64,000 bases of DNA from Gammaproteobacteria bacterium (lineage in GTDB: Bacteria > Pseudomonadota > Gammaproteobacteria > Magnimaribacterales > AG-339-G14), in NCBI GenBank assembly GCA_004213955.1, contig SGZL01000001.1, forward strand, positions 111,552 to 175,551, given 5' to 3'. Each line of letters opens with the position of its first letter. The stretch's first letter is position 1. The notes below the pieces were generated by a model. It saw only the letters and a list, made by a program, of their open reading frames with translations. It made no database searches and was not told where the DNA came from. Made by a program: the position numbers and the translations under genes. This document shows, piece by piece, positions 8,504 through 19,179 of the stretch.

Positions 8504-9586
8504 ATGCTTTTACCTTTTCTTGATTTTTTAGCCGAAAGTTATGGGCCATTTCGTATATTTAACTATTTCACTTTCCGAGCAATTTTAGCAACCTTAACGT
8601 CTCTCATTTTTTGTCTTGTATTCGGTAAATACTTTATTTCTTTCTTAGAAAGAAAAAATTTTGGACAAGTGATTCGAGAGCTAGGACCTGAAAAACATTA
8701 TGAAAAAAAAGGCACTCCCACTATGGGAGGAATCTTGATTTTAGCTGCAGTCCTTTTTTCTTGTATATGTTGGGGAGATCTAAATAACAGGTATCTTTGG
8801 TCAATAATTTTTTTGATCATTTCTTTTGGAGCTCTTGGTTTTTTAGATGATTTTTTAAAGCTTAAGTACAACTCAAGCGACGGCCTCTCAGCAAAATTGA
8901 AAATATTTTGGCAATTAGTATTTGCTACAATCATTGCCACTTATCTTTACCTCACCCACACAATTCCACAAGAAATTAGTTTATTTCTTCCTTTTTTAAA
9001 AGATTTTGCGTTGAACTTGGGTATCTTTTTTATCTTTTTTTCTGTCTTTGTAATTATTGGAACAAGCAATGCAGTGAATCTGACTGATGGATTAGATGGA
9101 TTAGCTATTATGCCTTCGGTTATGGTTGCTGGAGGCTTAGGAATAATAGCTTATATTTCTGGAAATATTATCTTTGCTGATTATTTGAATATCGTTTACC
9201 TATCGGGTACGGAAGAATTGCTTATCATTTGCGGAACGATAATTGGAGCAGGAATTGGGTTTCTTTGGTTTAACACATATCCAGCACAAATATTTATGGG
9301 TGATGTTGGTTCATTATCCCTCGGAGCCGCTTTAGGCGGCATGGCAGTAATTTTAAGACAAGAAGTAATATTAGCAATTATGGGGGGCGTCTTTGTAATC
9401 GAGGCTCTATCAGTCATTATTCAAGTTACTTCTTTTAAATTGACTGGAAAAAGAGTTTTCAAAATGTCTCCAATCCATCATCATTTTGAACTTTCCGGAT
9501 GGGCTGAACCGAAAATAATTGTACGTTTTTGGATTATTACTTTAATTTTAGTTTTAATTGCATTGGCAACGTTCAGATTGCGCTAG
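8504..9586 (+). CDS. mraY: Phospho-N-acetylmuramoyl-pentapeptide transferase
   Basis: Polytopic membrane protein with NAVNLTDGLDGLA and HHHFE motifs. Confidence 0.95.
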   Translation: MLLPFLDFLAESYGPFRIFNYFTFRAILATLTSLIFCLVFGKYFISFLERKNFGQVIRELGPEKHYEKKGTPTMGGILILAAVLFSCICWGDLNNRYLWSIIFLIISFGALGFLDDFLKLKYNSSDGLSAKLKIFWQLVFATIIATYLYLTHTIPQEISLFLPFLKDFALNLGIFFIFFSVFVIIGTSNAVNLTDGLDGLAIMPSVMVAGGLGIIAYISGNIIFADYLNIVYLSGTEELLIICGTIIGAGIGFLWFNTYPAQIFMGDVGSLSLGAALGGMAVILRQEVILAIMGGVFVIEALSVIIQVTSFKLTGKRVFKMSPIHHHFELSGWAEPKIIVRFWIITLILVLIALATFRLR

Positions 9587-9588
9587 GA

Positions 9589-10800
9589 ATGCAGACAAAA
9601 AGAAAATTTGTTCTTATTTTAGGTGCGGGTCAGACAGGATTGTCAGCAATAAACTATTTAAATAAAAAAAATTTTAAGATATTTGATACTAGAAACTTTA
9701 ATAATTTACCTGAAAATATTAAAAATAATCCCCTAATTGAAGAAAATTTAATTTCTGAGGACAGCATAAATATAAAATTAATTGATTACGTGATTTGCTC
9801 TCCCGGTTTTGATCTTACTCATCAATTGATAAAAAAATTAAATGAACAAAACATCAGTATTAAAAGCGATATAGAAGTTTTTATAGAAAATACTGACTCT
9901 AAAATAATTTTAGTTACTGGTACTAATGGAAAAACAACAGTTTCACTTCTTTTGGAAAAATTTATATCTTTAAAAGGGTTTAGCTCAAAAGCCATTGGCA
10001 ACATAGGTAATCCGGTTCTTAACTTCGTCGACACGCATAAAGATTATTTTGTAATAGAAGTTTCTAGTTTCCACTTAGATATTTCAGATAATCTGAAATC
10101 TGATTTATCGATCCTTTTAAACATTTCCGAAGATCATCTAGATAGACATAAATCATTTGAAAATTATAAACATATCAAAAATTCTATTTTTAATAATTCG
10201 AAAATTTCCATTGGAAATAAAGATGATGAAAATATAAAAAAAGGTCTCACAGAATATTTTAATGGAGATACAAATATTGACACTGCAAATCTCAACGCAG
10301 TAAAAGTAGTCTTGGATAATATTGGTATAAATTTTTCATTTGAAGAGCTTGAAAAACATAAATTCAAACCTGAACATAGAATGGAGATCTTTTATAAAGA
10401 TAAATTAAATAGAGTTTTTATAAATGATTCAAAGGCTACAAACTGTGGAGCAACTTTGGCTGCAATCAATTCACTCAAAGGAGAGAAAAAATTTTTCTTA
10501 ATATGTGGGGGACAAAGTAAAGGTGCAGATTTTTCAAAATTAGCGGAAGAAATAAAGAAAAATTGTTATGGAGTTATCATTTATGGTGAGGATAAGAATT
10601 TAATATTTGATGAGCTGAGTGATTTTAATAAATTAACTACTGACAGTTTCGAAGAAGCAATTTCTTTATGTCTAAAAGTGTCTAAACCTGATTCTAAAGT
10701 CTTGTTTTCACCAGCATGTGCTAGTTTCGATATGTTCAAAAATTTCGAAGATCGAGGTAACAAGTTTAAAGAACTTATATTGAATGAGAGAAACTCTTAA
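9589..10800 (+). CDS. murD: UDP-N-acetylmuramoylalanine--D-glutamate ligase
   Basis: VTGTNGKTTV P-loop. N-terminal GAGQTG Rossmann motif. Start moved to the ATG at 9589, just after the mraY stop. Confidence 0.88.
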   Translation: MQTKRKFVLILGAGQTGLSAINYLNKKNFKIFDTRNFNNLPENIKNNPLIEENLISEDSINIKLIDYVICSPGFDLTHQLIKKLNEQNISIKSDIEVFIENTDSKIILVTGTNGKTTVSLLLEKFISLKGFSSKAIGNIGNPVLNFVDTHKDYFVIEVSSFHLDISDNLKSDLSILLNISEDHLDRHKSFENYKHIKNSIFNNSKISIGNKDDENIKKGLTEYFNGDTNIDTANLNAVKVVLDNIGINFSFEELEKHKFKPEHRMEIFYKDKLNRVFINDSKATNCGATLAAINSLKGEKKFFLICGGQSKGADFSKLAEEIKKNCYGVIIYGEDKNLIFDELSDFNKLTTDSFEEAISLCLKVSKPDSKVLFSPACASFDMFKNFEDRGNKFKELILNERNS

Positions 10801-11971
10801 GCAGTCTAAGCTCCAAAGAATTATTTTTGGAGAATTTTATAGAGATCTTAAATTCTCGGATTTTGATCTTGGTATTTTTGTTAGTGTAACTTTTTTGAGC
10901 TTGCTAGGTATTATTATGGTTACATCTGTAACAATTCCTCTGACAGATGGTTCACTTTCGATGGCGTTTAATCATATCTTTAAACTGGTATTAGGTGCAT
11001 TTGTTGGTCTAATTGTGTTTAGATTTTCTTTAGAAATTTGGAAAACTATAGATATAGGATTAATTTTGTTTTCCTTTTTTTTGCTTATTTTAGTTTTTAT
11101 ACCTTTTGTAGGATTTGAGGCAAACGGGGCGTCCAGATGGATAAGATTTTTTGGATTTTCATTTCAACCATCGGAACTAATGAAATTTGCTTTGATAGTT
11201 TATATATCATCCTATTGCTACAGAAGAATGACTGAATTTAAAGAGAAATGGTTAGGTTTTTGGAAACCTGTTTTAGTCGTTGTTTTAGCAATTGCATTAG
11301 TTTTGTTTGAACCTGATTTAGGATCTTCCGTGGTTATCTTTTTAATATCTTTGACAATTATGTTTATTGCAGGGGCGCCTTTGAAGCAAATGTCTATAAT
11401 TTTATTTATGGGTTTAATGGTTTTTGTAAGCATGATAATTTTAGTACCTTGGAGAATGCAAAGAATCTTAAGTTTTGTCGATCCTTGGAGTGCTTACGGA
11501 GAAAGCGGTTATCAATTGTCCCAAGCTTTAATTGCTTTTAGTAGAGGAGATTTATTTGGAGTAGGTTTAGGAGAAAGTTTGCAAAAATATCATTATCTTC
11601 CAGATGCGCAAACAGATTTTATTTTTGCAATTATTGCTGAGGAATTAGGATTAATTTTTTGCGTATTGTTGATTTCAATATATGGATACTTAATTTTTAA
11701 ATCATTTTCTTTGGGAAGAAATTCAAGGATGCTTAATAAATTTTTTGAATCTTACATTTCTTATGGGATAGGTGTTTGCATTGCTTTTCACGTTTTCATA
11801 AACGTTGGAGTCTCAAGTGGTATGCTTCCTACGAAGGGACTGACATTACCTTTCATTAGTTTTGGAGGCACAAATTTGATGCTTATGTTTGCTTTAATAG
11901 CTTTGCTTTTTAGAATCAATCTTGAGCTTAAAGAAAGTTCAAAAATTGAGGGAAAGGTGATGAGTGGCTAG
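10784..11971 (+). CDS. ftsW: SEDS-family peptidoglycan glycosyltransferase FtsW
   Basis: Polytopic membrane protein. PDAQTDFIFAIIAEELG motif. Canonical position. Confidence 0.92.
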   Translation: MRETLKQSKLQRIIFGEFYRDLKFSDFDLGIFVSVTFLSLLGIIMVTSVTIPLTDGSLSMAFNHIFKLVLGAFVGLIVFRFSLEIWKTIDIGLILFSFFLLILVFIPFVGFEANGASRWIRFFGFSFQPSELMKFALIVYISSYCYRRMTEFKEKWLGFWKPVLVVVLAIALVLFEPDLGSSVVIFLISLTIMFIAGAPLKQMSIILFMGLMVFVSMIILVPWRMQRILSFVDPWSAYGESGYQLSQALIAFSRGDLFGVGLGESLQKYHYLPDAQTDFIFAIIAEELGLIFCVLLISIYGYLIFKSFSLGRNSRMLNKFFESYISYGIGVCIAFHVFINVGVSSGMLPTKGLTLPFISFGGTNLMLMFALIALLFRINLELKESSKIEGKVMSG

Positions 11972-13055
11972 TCCAAAAACTATATTCATCGTTGCAGGAG
12001 GAACAGGTGGACATGTGTATCCTGCAAAAAGGGTAGCTCAAAAATTTTTAGATGAAGGATTTAAAATTATATGGATAGGTACAAGTCGAGGTCCTGAAAA
12101 AAATATTTGTAATGACTTAGGAATTAGTTTTATTCAAGTTCCTCTTTATGGGTTTAGAGGAAAAAATTTATTTACGAAGTTCAAAGCTTTATTTGCTTTT
12201 CTCTTAAGTGGCTTTATTTTTTTCTTTAAATCAAATCCTTTTAGTAGAAAAAATTATCCGATGATAGTCTTCGGAGGCTATGTATCTTTAATTTCTTTTT
12301 TTTATTTTAAAGGACCAGTATTTTTGCAAGAACAAAATACGATTCCTGGCTCTGTTTCTAAATTACTTTTTTCAACAAATAAGGTTTCAAAAATATTTTG
12401 TGGTTTTGAGAAGACCAAAATTTTTTTCGAGGAGTTTAATAAAAAATACATTAAATTAATTAATACCGGAAACCCAGTTGGTAAAATTAAGAAATCTAAT
12501 GATAAGAGTTCAAATTTGAGTGGTTTCAATATCTTAGTTTTGGGCGGAAGCCAAGGATCTAAGTTTTTGAATGAATTTACTCCAAATGTATTAAGCGGAG
12601 TAAAAAATAAAATTTCAATTAAAATAAAGCACCAATGCGGACGCAATAACTTCTTTAACGTTGAGAATGCATATTCTCCTTTAGATGACGATATATTTAT
12701 TACAGAATTTATAAAAGACATTGATGAAGCTTATCAATGGGCAGACCTTGTAATTTCAAGATCTGGAGCTTTAACAGTTTCCGAAATTATTGCATCAAGA
12801 TCTGCTGCGATTCTCGTGCCAATTAAAATTTCTATTGATGACCATCAAAAAGAAAATGCTAATTTCTTAGCCTCTAATAAAGCAGCATGGATTTTAGAAG
12901 AAACAGATTATTTTTCCGAAGAATTAAAAAAACTTTTAGAATTAATTTTAGAGAATGAGGAAAGTATTTTAGAAAAAAAAGAAAATATTGCTCAAATAGA
13001 AGTTAGAGATTCAGAGACAATAATATTTAATGAAGTAAATGCTTGGTACCAATAA
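11964..13055 (+). CDS. murG: UDP-GlcNAc:lipid I N-acetylglucosamine transferase MurG
   Basis: GTG start. GGTGGHVYPA motif. Canonical position. Confidence 0.92.
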   Translation: MASPKTIFIVAGGTGGHVYPAKRVAQKFLDEGFKIIWIGTSRGPEKNICNDLGISFIQVPLYGFRGKNLFTKFKALFAFLLSGFIFFFKSNPFSRKNYPMIVFGGYVSLISFFYFKGPVFLQEQNTIPGSVSKLLFSTNKVSKIFCGFEKTKIFFEEFNKKYIKLINTGNPVGKIKKSNDKSSNLSGFNILVLGGSQGSKFLNEFTPNVLSGVKNKISIKIKHQCGRNNFFNVENAYSPLDDDIFITEFIKDIDEAYQWADLVISRSGALTVSEIIASRSAAILVPIKISIDDHQKENANFLASNKAAWILEETDYFSEELKKLLELILENEESILEKKENIAQIEVRDSETIIFNEVNAWYQ

Positions 13056-14406
13056 TTTAAAGAAAATTCACTTTATTGGGGTTGGTGGGGCCGGTATGAG
13101 CGGAATTGCCGAAATATTAATAAACATGAATTATGAAGTTTCAGGCTCCGATATTTATCCCTCCCTAATTACAGAAAGGCTGGAAGGTCTGGGATTAAAT
13201 TTCTTTAATTCTCATAATAAAGAAAATTTAGAAAATGTAGATTTAGTTGTATTCTCGTCAGCTATTAATAAAAATAATCCAGAATTAGTTGAGGCTAAAA
13301 ATAGAGATATTAATTTAATAAAAAGAGCAGAAATGTTAGCTCATTTAACTGATTTAAAAGAGAGCATAATCTTTGCTGGAAGTCATGGTAAAACTACAAC
13401 TACATGCATAGCTGCCCATATTTTCAAAGAAAATAATTTTGATCCTACTTATATTATTGGAGGGAAAGTTAGTTCATTTGAATCAAATGCTAACTTAGGA
13501 AACGGAAGACATATACTTGCTGAAGCAGATGAAAGCGATGGAAGTTTTTTATTGTTTAGTCCTGATAAAGCTGTTGTAACCAGTATCGATAATGATCATT
13601 TAGAAGCATACGATCATTCAGTTAAAAAATTAGAATTAGCTTTTATTTCTTTCATTCAAAAAGTAAAAGAAAAGGTTTTTATTCATGATGAACAAAAATC
13701 TCTGATTGATAATTTAAATACTAAAGCCGATATTGTTACATATGGTTTTGATACAAATTCAGATTTTCAAATATTAAATTTTTCTCAAAATGAAAAAGGT
13801 TCGCTTTTTAGCCTTAAAAACAAAATAGCTAATACTTTGTATGACTTTGAAACTAATGCTTATGGAAAGCATAATATTCTAAATACTGTAGCTGCTATTC
13901 TCGTTTCCTTGGACGAAGGCATAGATTATTCAAGTATAAATAAATCTTTAAAAACTTTTCCTCAGGTTGAAAGGAGATTCGAGATTATTAGTAAGAATGT
14001 ATTTTCACAAAATATAATCTTGGTTGACGATTATGGGCATCACCCTACAGAATTAATAAATACTATTAATACAATTAAAGAAATATGGCCAAAAAAAGAA
14101 ATAGTTATGGCTTTTCAACCGCATAGATATAGTCGAACCAAAGCCTTATTTAATGAATTTGTTGATGTGTTGTCAAAAATTGATAACTTAATTCTTTTAG
14201 AGATATACCCTGCAAGTGAAACTCCAATAGAGAATTATTCAAGCCAAGATTTATTTGAAAAAATTAAGAATTTCAATAAAAAAGCAGTGCTTGTGCACGG
14301 GATAGATGAAGCTTTTATTGAACTCCAAAAATTTAAAAATGAAAAATACATATTTCTTACACAAGGCGCAGGGAATACATCTTTACTAGCATCTAAGTTT
14401 AAATAA
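13039..14406 (+). CDS. murC: UDP-N-acetylmuramate--L-alanine ligase
   Basis: GVGGAGMSGIAE and GSHGKTTTT motifs. Confidence 0.94.
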   Translation: MLGTNNLKKIHFIGVGGAGMSGIAEILINMNYEVSGSDIYPSLITERLEGLGLNFFNSHNKENLENVDLVVFSSAINKNNPELVEAKNRDINLIKRAEMLAHLTDLKESIIFAGSHGKTTTTCIAAHIFKENNFDPTYIIGGKVSSFESNANLGNGRHILAEADESDGSFLLFSPDKAVVTSIDNDHLEAYDHSVKKLELAFISFIQKVKEKVFIHDEQKSLIDNLNTKADIVTYGFDTNSDFQILNFSQNEKGSLFSLKNKIANTLYDFETNAYGKHNILNTVAAILVSLDEGIDYSSINKSLKTFPQVERRFEIISKNVFSQNIILVDDYGHHPTELINTINTIKEIWPKKEIVMAFQPHRYSRTKALFNEFVDVLSKIDNLILLEIYPASETPIENYSSQDLFEKIKNFNKKAVLVHGIDEAFIELQKFKNEKYIFLTQGAGNTSLLASKFK

Positions 14407-14407
14407 A

Positions 14408-15319
14408 ATGGAAAATTTTAAAAAATTGAATTTTGGTATCTTAGGAGGTGGGTATTCAAACGAAAGAGATATTTCTTTAAAGAGCACCAAGGCTGTAAAT
14501 CAAGCTCTTTTAGAAAGTGGGTACAGATCAAATATTCTTGATGTCGCAAATAAGAAAATATTATTCTCAAAAGACACTTATAAGAATTTTGATTTCATTT
14601 TTATCCTCATACATGGATTAGGCGGAGAGGATGGCGAACTGCAAAATTTTTTTGAAGAAATGAATCTTAGTTATTCTGGAAGTAGTTCAGAAGCCTGTAG
14701 AAAATCATTTGACAAAAGATTGGCAAAGAATTTTCTTTCTAAGAATATAAACACTCCAAAACAACTCCAATGGAATTCTCATGAAGAAAAAATCGATTCT
14801 AATGATCATTTATTAAAAAGAGTAGTTGTGAAACCAGCTAAAGAAGGTTCAAGCTTAGGGGTATCAATTATTGAAAATAAATCTGATCTCATAAAATCAG
14901 CAATCAACGAAGCTTCTAAGTATGGAGACTTTATGATTGAAGAATTCATCCATGGCGATGAAATAACTGTCGCGCAAGTTGGAAAGGAAATTTATCCACC
15001 TGTAAAAATAACTTCAGATAATCAATTTTATGACTTTCAGGCAAAATATAATTCTGAAAATACAAAATATACTAAAGCTGAATATTCTTCTGCAAAACAG
15101 AAAGAATTAGACGAATTAATTATTCAAATCAATAATGATTTTGGATGTAAGGCCTGGTCTAGAACAGACTTAATCGACGATGGAGAAAATTTTTATTTTC
15201 TTGAGCTAAATACAGTTCCTGGAATGACAAATACTAGTTTAGTCCCTAAAGCGGCAAAGTTTGCAGGCCTCGATTTTGATAGACTAGTTATGCAAATAAT
15301 CAAAAGTTCTCTTGATTAG
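14408..15319 (+). CDS. ddl: D-alanine--D-alanine ligase
   Basis: ATP-grasp protein of 303 aa. ELNTVPGMT motif. Canonical position after murC. Confidence 0.9.
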   Translation: MENFKKLNFGILGGGYSNERDISLKSTKAVNQALLESGYRSNILDVANKKILFSKDTYKNFDFIFILIHGLGGEDGELQNFFEEMNLSYSGSSSEACRKSFDKRLAKNFLSKNINTPKQLQWNSHEEKIDSNDHLLKRVVVKPAKEGSSLGVSIIENKSDLIKSAINEASKYGDFMIEEFIHGDEITVAQVGKEIYPPVKITSDNQFYDFQAKYNSENTKYTKAEYSSAKQKELDELIIQINNDFGCKAWSRTDLIDDGENFYFLELNTVPGMTNTSLVPKAAKFAGLDFDRLVMQIIKSSLD

Positions 15320-15352
15320 ATTGATCGTCATAGGTACACTTCTCACGTTTTC

Positions 15353-15374
15353 TTGAGTCTTCTATTAGACTCAA
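15353..15374 (+). promoter_or_regulatory. Perfect 8-bp hairpin in the rpsF 5' leader (possible autoregulatory element or processing site)
   Basis: TTGAGTCT (15353-15360), loop tctatt, AGACTCAA (15367-15374). No U-tract follows. The SD AAGGAG lies about 8 nt downstream. Confidence 0.25.
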
Positions 15375-15397
15375 ACCCATAAGGAGACAATAATATT

Positions 15398-15853
15398 ATG
15401 AATCATTATGAAATAGTATTTGTGGTTGATCCACAACTCGATACAGAATCCAAGTTATTTAATAAGTGCCTGGATACAGTAAAGTCTATTGATGGTCTTA
15501 CTCATAGATCAGAAGACATAGGCATTAGAAAGCTTGCTTACCCAATCAATGATAAAAATACTGGACATTATTTTTTATTAAATATTGAATGCGATCCCAA
15601 AAAATTAAAGGACGTTGAAGCATTGTTTAAATTTGATGAATCTATCATGAGGTCTTCATTAGTTAAAAAGAAAAGGGCTGAAACAGAACCATCAAGCCTA
15701 CTTACTCAAACAGTGAGCCAACTAAAATCTGATGTTCCTTCAGAACCAATCGTTGATGTTAAAAAAAATATTGAAGAAGAAAAAAAGTCTGAAGAAAAAA
15801 TTATTGAAAAATCAAAAAAAGAAGCTGTTGAATCGGATTCAGAAAGTAGCTAA
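15398..15853 (+). CDS. rpsF: 30S ribosomal protein S6, with a long K/E/S-rich C-terminal tail
   Basis: N-terminus MNHYEIVFVV; RKLAYPI motif. About 50 extra C-terminal residues. Confidence 0.93.
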   Translation: MNHYEIVFVVDPQLDTESKLFNKCLDTVKSIDGLTHRSEDIGIRKLAYPINDKNTGHYFLLNIECDPKKLKDVEALFKFDESIMRSSLVKKKRAETEPSSLLTQTVSQLKSDVPSEPIVDVKKNIEEEKKSEEKIIEKSKKEAVESDSESS

Positions 15854-15868
15854 TCAATAAAAAAAATT

Positions 15869-16135
15869 ATGAGAAGAAAAAATGAAAAAAGAGGCTCTCA
15901 AAATAAAGAAACTCTAATTAATTCAAAAAGAACATGTCAATTCACTGCAGCTAATGTTGAAGAAATTGATTACAAAGATGTCGAGTTATTGACTAAATTC
16001 ATAAACGAAATGGGCAAAATATCACCAGCTAGAATGACTGGTACAAGCGCAAAATACCAAAGACAACTCACGAAAGCCATTAAAAGGGCAAGACAATTAG
16101 CTTTATTGCCTTATACCGATAGCCATAGGATTTGA
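15869..16135 (+). CDS. rpsR: 30S ribosomal protein S18
   Basis: [13 protein letters not shown]...[15 protein letters not shown] motif block. Confidence 0.93.
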   Translation: MRRKNEKRGSQNKETLINSKRTCQFTAANVEEIDYKDVELLTKFINEMGKISPARMTGTSAKYQRQLTKAIKRARQLALLPYTDSHRI

Positions 16136-16138
16136 TAG

Positions 16139-16585
16139 ATGAAAGTTATTCTCAAAGAATCTATTACTGGATTAGGCTCTCCAGGCGACTTAGTTAAAGT
16201 AAAATCTGGATATGGAAGAAATTTTCTTATGCCTACAGGAAAAGCGATACCTGCTACTGAGGAAAACTTAAAAGCATACGAAACAGAAAAAGCTCAACTT
16301 GCAGAGTTAGAAAATAAAAAAATAGCTGATGCAGAAGTAATAAATTCCAAATTATCGGGATTCGAACTTGAAATAAAGGTTGCCGTAACAGAAGAGGAAG
16401 CAATGTACGGTTCCATTGGCACTAAAGAAATATCAGAGGCATTGATAGAAAAAGGTTTCGAAATCGACAGACAATCAATTAGGCTGCCTGAAGGTGTTTT
16501 AAAGGAACTTGGAGAATTCGAATTGGACATAGAACTTCACCCTGAAGTTATATCCAAAATAAAAATTATTTTAAAACCCGAATAA
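16139..16585 (+). CDS. rplI: 50S ribosomal protein L9
   Basis: MKVILKE...GDLVKVKSGYGRNFL N-terminus. Confidence 0.93.
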   Translation: MKVILKESITGLGSPGDLVKVKSGYGRNFLMPTGKAIPATEENLKAYETEKAQLAELENKKIADAEVINSKLSGFELEIKVAVTEEEAMYGSIGTKEISEALIEKGFEIDRQSIRLPEGVLKELGEFELDIELHPEVISKIKIILKPE

Positions 16586-16639
16586 TTAAAATCTAATTTG
16601 TCTTAACTGGTTTGAGATGGGAGAATATCAAACCTATTT

Positions 16640-18019
16640 ATGAGAAAAGAATTTGATCAACCTTCTTCAGTAGAAGCAGAAAAAGCTGTTTTAGGTGGAT
16701 TATTATTAGAACCTGAATTGTGGGATACAGTTTCTGTGGCTGTAGACGAAGAAGACTTTGTTTTAGTAGAACATAAGCTCATATATAGAGCTATCAGGCG
16801 ATTAAGAGATCACGGCAGTGAGTTGGATACTGTGACACTTATAGAATCCTTGACCAATGATCCAGATATTTCTTCAGTCACTAACTTCAATCAAAATGAT
16901 TACATTAAGCAACTTGCTTCTGACACACCTGGGACAGCAAATTTTATCAATTACACCGATATTGTTAAACAGACATCAAATTTAAGAAAGCTAATTTCGA
17001 CTGCCTCGGATATATCAAGTATTGCAAAGGAGTCTGATTCATTTGAAATTGAAGATACTTTTAGCCAGGCAGAAAATAAATTAATTAATCTTAGAGATTC
17101 TATCGATCGAAAAAAAGGACCTACCTTAGCTAAAGATTTAATAAAACCTGTATATGACAATATCGAAGAAAATATAAATTCAACAACGCCATTGATAGGA
17201 CATTCAACTGGATTTAGAGATCTAGATAAATTAACTTTAGGTCTTCAGGACGGAGATTTAATATTGGTTGCGGGAAGACCAAGTATGGGGAAAACCGCTT
17301 TTGGATTAAGCATCGCGGCAAATTTTATCGAAAATAATATTCCAGCAGTATTTTACAGTTTAGAAATGTCATCTAGGTCTGTTATGTATAGACTTATTTC
17401 TATCTTATCCAAAGTAGAATTAAAAAAAATATTTCAAGCGAAAGAACTCACGGATTCAGATTTTGAAAAAATAGGTAAGGCAGTTGAACTTTTAGAGAAA
17501 AGTAATTTTTTTATAGATGATACTTCTGCTCTTAGTCCGTCAGAAATCCTTTCAAGATCGAGAAAGCTTAAAAGAGAGTATCCAGATCTAGGTTTGATTG
17601 TTTTAGATTATTTACAGCTGATGAAAGCAGATATAAGTAATCCCAGCAGAGTTAATGAAATGAGTGAAATATCAAGAGCCACTAAAGCTTTGGCAAAAGA
17701 ATTGGATGTTCCAGTTATTGCTTTGTCGCAGTTGAATAGAGCTTCAGAAACTAGAACAAGCAAAATACCCATAATGGCAGATCTAAGAGATTCAGGAGCT
17801 TTAGAACAAGATGCAGATTTAGTTGTCTTTCCCTTTAGACCAGAATTTCATGAACCTACTCCTGAAAACAAAGGTATTGCTAAAGTGATAGTTGCAAAAC
17901 ATAGAAATGGAGAAACTGGAGATGTACTTCTTCATTGGGCAGCGAGATACACTTCTTTTGAAGACCTTGCTCTTAATGATCCTGCTTATGACAACCCTTC
18001 ATTTAGTAATCAAAATTGA
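16640..18019 (+). CDS. dnaB: Replicative DNA helicase DnaB
   Basis: N-terminal AEKAVLGGLLL motif. Walker A GRPSMGKTAF. 459 aa. Confidence 0.95.
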   Translation: MRKEFDQPSSVEAEKAVLGGLLLEPELWDTVSVAVDEEDFVLVEHKLIYRAIRRLRDHGSELDTVTLIESLTNDPDISSVTNFNQNDYIKQLASDTPGTANFINYTDIVKQTSNLRKLISTASDISSIAKESDSFEIEDTFSQAENKLINLRDSIDRKKGPTLAKDLIKPVYDNIEENINSTTPLIGHSTGFRDLDKLTLGLQDGDLILVAGRPSMGKTAFGLSIAANFIENNIPAVFYSLEMSSRSVMYRLISILSKVELKKIFQAKELTDSDFEKIGKAVELLEKSNFFIDDTSALSPSEILSRSRKLKREYPDLGLIVLDYLQLMKADISNPSRVNEMSEISRATKALAKELDVPVIALSQLNRASETRTSKIPIMADLRDSGALEQDADLVVFPFRPEFHEPTPENKGIAKVIVAKHRNGETGDVLLHWAARYTSFEDLALNDPAYDNPSFSNQN

Positions 18020-19110
18020 GCCGCCCAACCATTGCTGAAATAAATCTTTCAGCATTAAAAAAAAACGTAAGAAAATTAAAAAAGCTTACTAATTCCAAGG
18101 TTTATCCAGTTGTTAAAGCCGATGCCTACGGACATGGATTGAAGAAGGTTATAGAAAACATTGATGGAATTATTTCAGGATATTGCGTAGCTACGTTTGA
18201 AGAATCTTTAGAATTAAGAAAAATTACAAAAAAAAGTATTGTCTGTATGGAAGGACCATACGATTTAAATGAATTAAAAAATTTTGAAAAACTTAATATT
18301 GACTACGTAATTCATTCATTTAGGCAAATCTTTTTTTTAGAAAGTCTGACCAAATTAAATTTAACTGGTAAAAATAAAGTTTGGTTAAAAATAGATACTG
18401 GAATGAATAGATTGGGCTTCAAGGAAAAAGAAATTTTAGAGGCTTTTTCTAGAATTAATTCAATTAAAAAAAACATGGTTTTGATGAGTCATCTTTCATC
18501 TGCAACCTCAAATAAGAGCTCAAAATTAATTACAAATAATCAAATTAAAACATTTAAAAAATTTGAATCGAAATTAAAGAAAATAAAACCAAATCTAATT
18601 TCAAGTCTTTGCAACTCGGGAGGATTAATTAATTTTAAAACTTCTCATAATGATATCTCGAGACCTGGAATAAGTATTTTCGGAAGTAAAGCGGATAATC
18701 AGAAATCTAAAATAGATTTAGAGCAAGTAATGACTTTGAAATCTAAATTTATAAGTATAAAAAAAGTTTTTAAAGGCGACAGGGTAGGATATGAAGGAAC
18801 TTGGAAAGCAAAAAAAGAAAACATGATTGGAATTTTGCCTATAGGATATGCTGATGGCTATTTAACAGGAATGGGAAATTCAGCATACGTGCTTGTTGAT
18901 GGGATAAAAGCAAAAGTTATTGGTCGAGTTTCAATGGATTTAACTGCAGTAGACCTAAGTAAATGCGTAAATGTTGACTATAACTCTGAAGTAATTTTGT
19001 GGGGAAGTAATTTAAAGCTTGATAAAGTTTCAAAATTTGCAAATTCTATACCATATGAATTGATAACTTCTGTTTCCAGAAGGGTTAAACGAGAATACGT
19101 ATATAAATAA
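18016..19110 (+). CDS. alr: Alanine racemase
   Basis: PLP-lysine motif VVKADAYGHG. dnaB-alr adjacency as in E. coli and Pseudomonas. Confidence 0.9.
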   Translation: MSRPTIAEINLSALKKNVRKLKKLTNSKVYPVVKADAYGHGLKKVIENIDGIISGYCVATFEESLELRKITKKSIVCMEGPYDLNELKNFEKLNIDYVIHSFRQIFFLESLTKLNLTGKNKVWLKIDTGMNRLGFKEKEILEAFSRINSIKKNMVLMSHLSSATSNKSSKLITNNQIKTFKKFESKLKKIKPNLISSLCNSGGLINFKTSHNDISRPGISIFGSKADNQKSKIDLEQVMTLKSKFISIKKVFKGDRVGYEGTWKAKKENMIGILPIGYADGYLTGMGNSAYVLVDGIKAKVIGRVSMDLTAVDLSKCVNVDYNSEVILWGSNLKLDKVSKFANSIPYELITSVSRRVKREYVYK

Positions 19111-19179
19111 CCTTATTTATAAAAATTATAAAATCAAAAAAAATATTTACATTCTTATGAGATATCAGATAATTGCATC

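Noticed and set aside
12302-12721. Antisense ORFs inside conserved genes. Examples: 12302-12721 in murG, 26445-26840 in pcm, 43744-44151 in dapA, 24694-25023 in ispD/ispF, 49632-49943 and 50145-50578 in the flavoprotein gene, 5422-5655 across the ftsI repeat, and 8004-8309 in murF.
   Set aside because: All lie wholly within strongly supported genes on the opposite strand. Their translations are low-complexity (S/F/I/K/L-rich), as expected from the reverse complement of AT-rich coding DNA. There is no independent evidence of coding.
19146-19174. Sigma70-like TTTACA-17-ATAATT placing a TSS at the ATG of the diiron gene, and a similar geometry at iscS (51003-51031), suggesting leaderless mRNAs
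   Set aside because: -10/-35-like hexamers occur frequently by chance in this composition. Without TSS data I do not report these as features. They are mentioned only as context in the findings.
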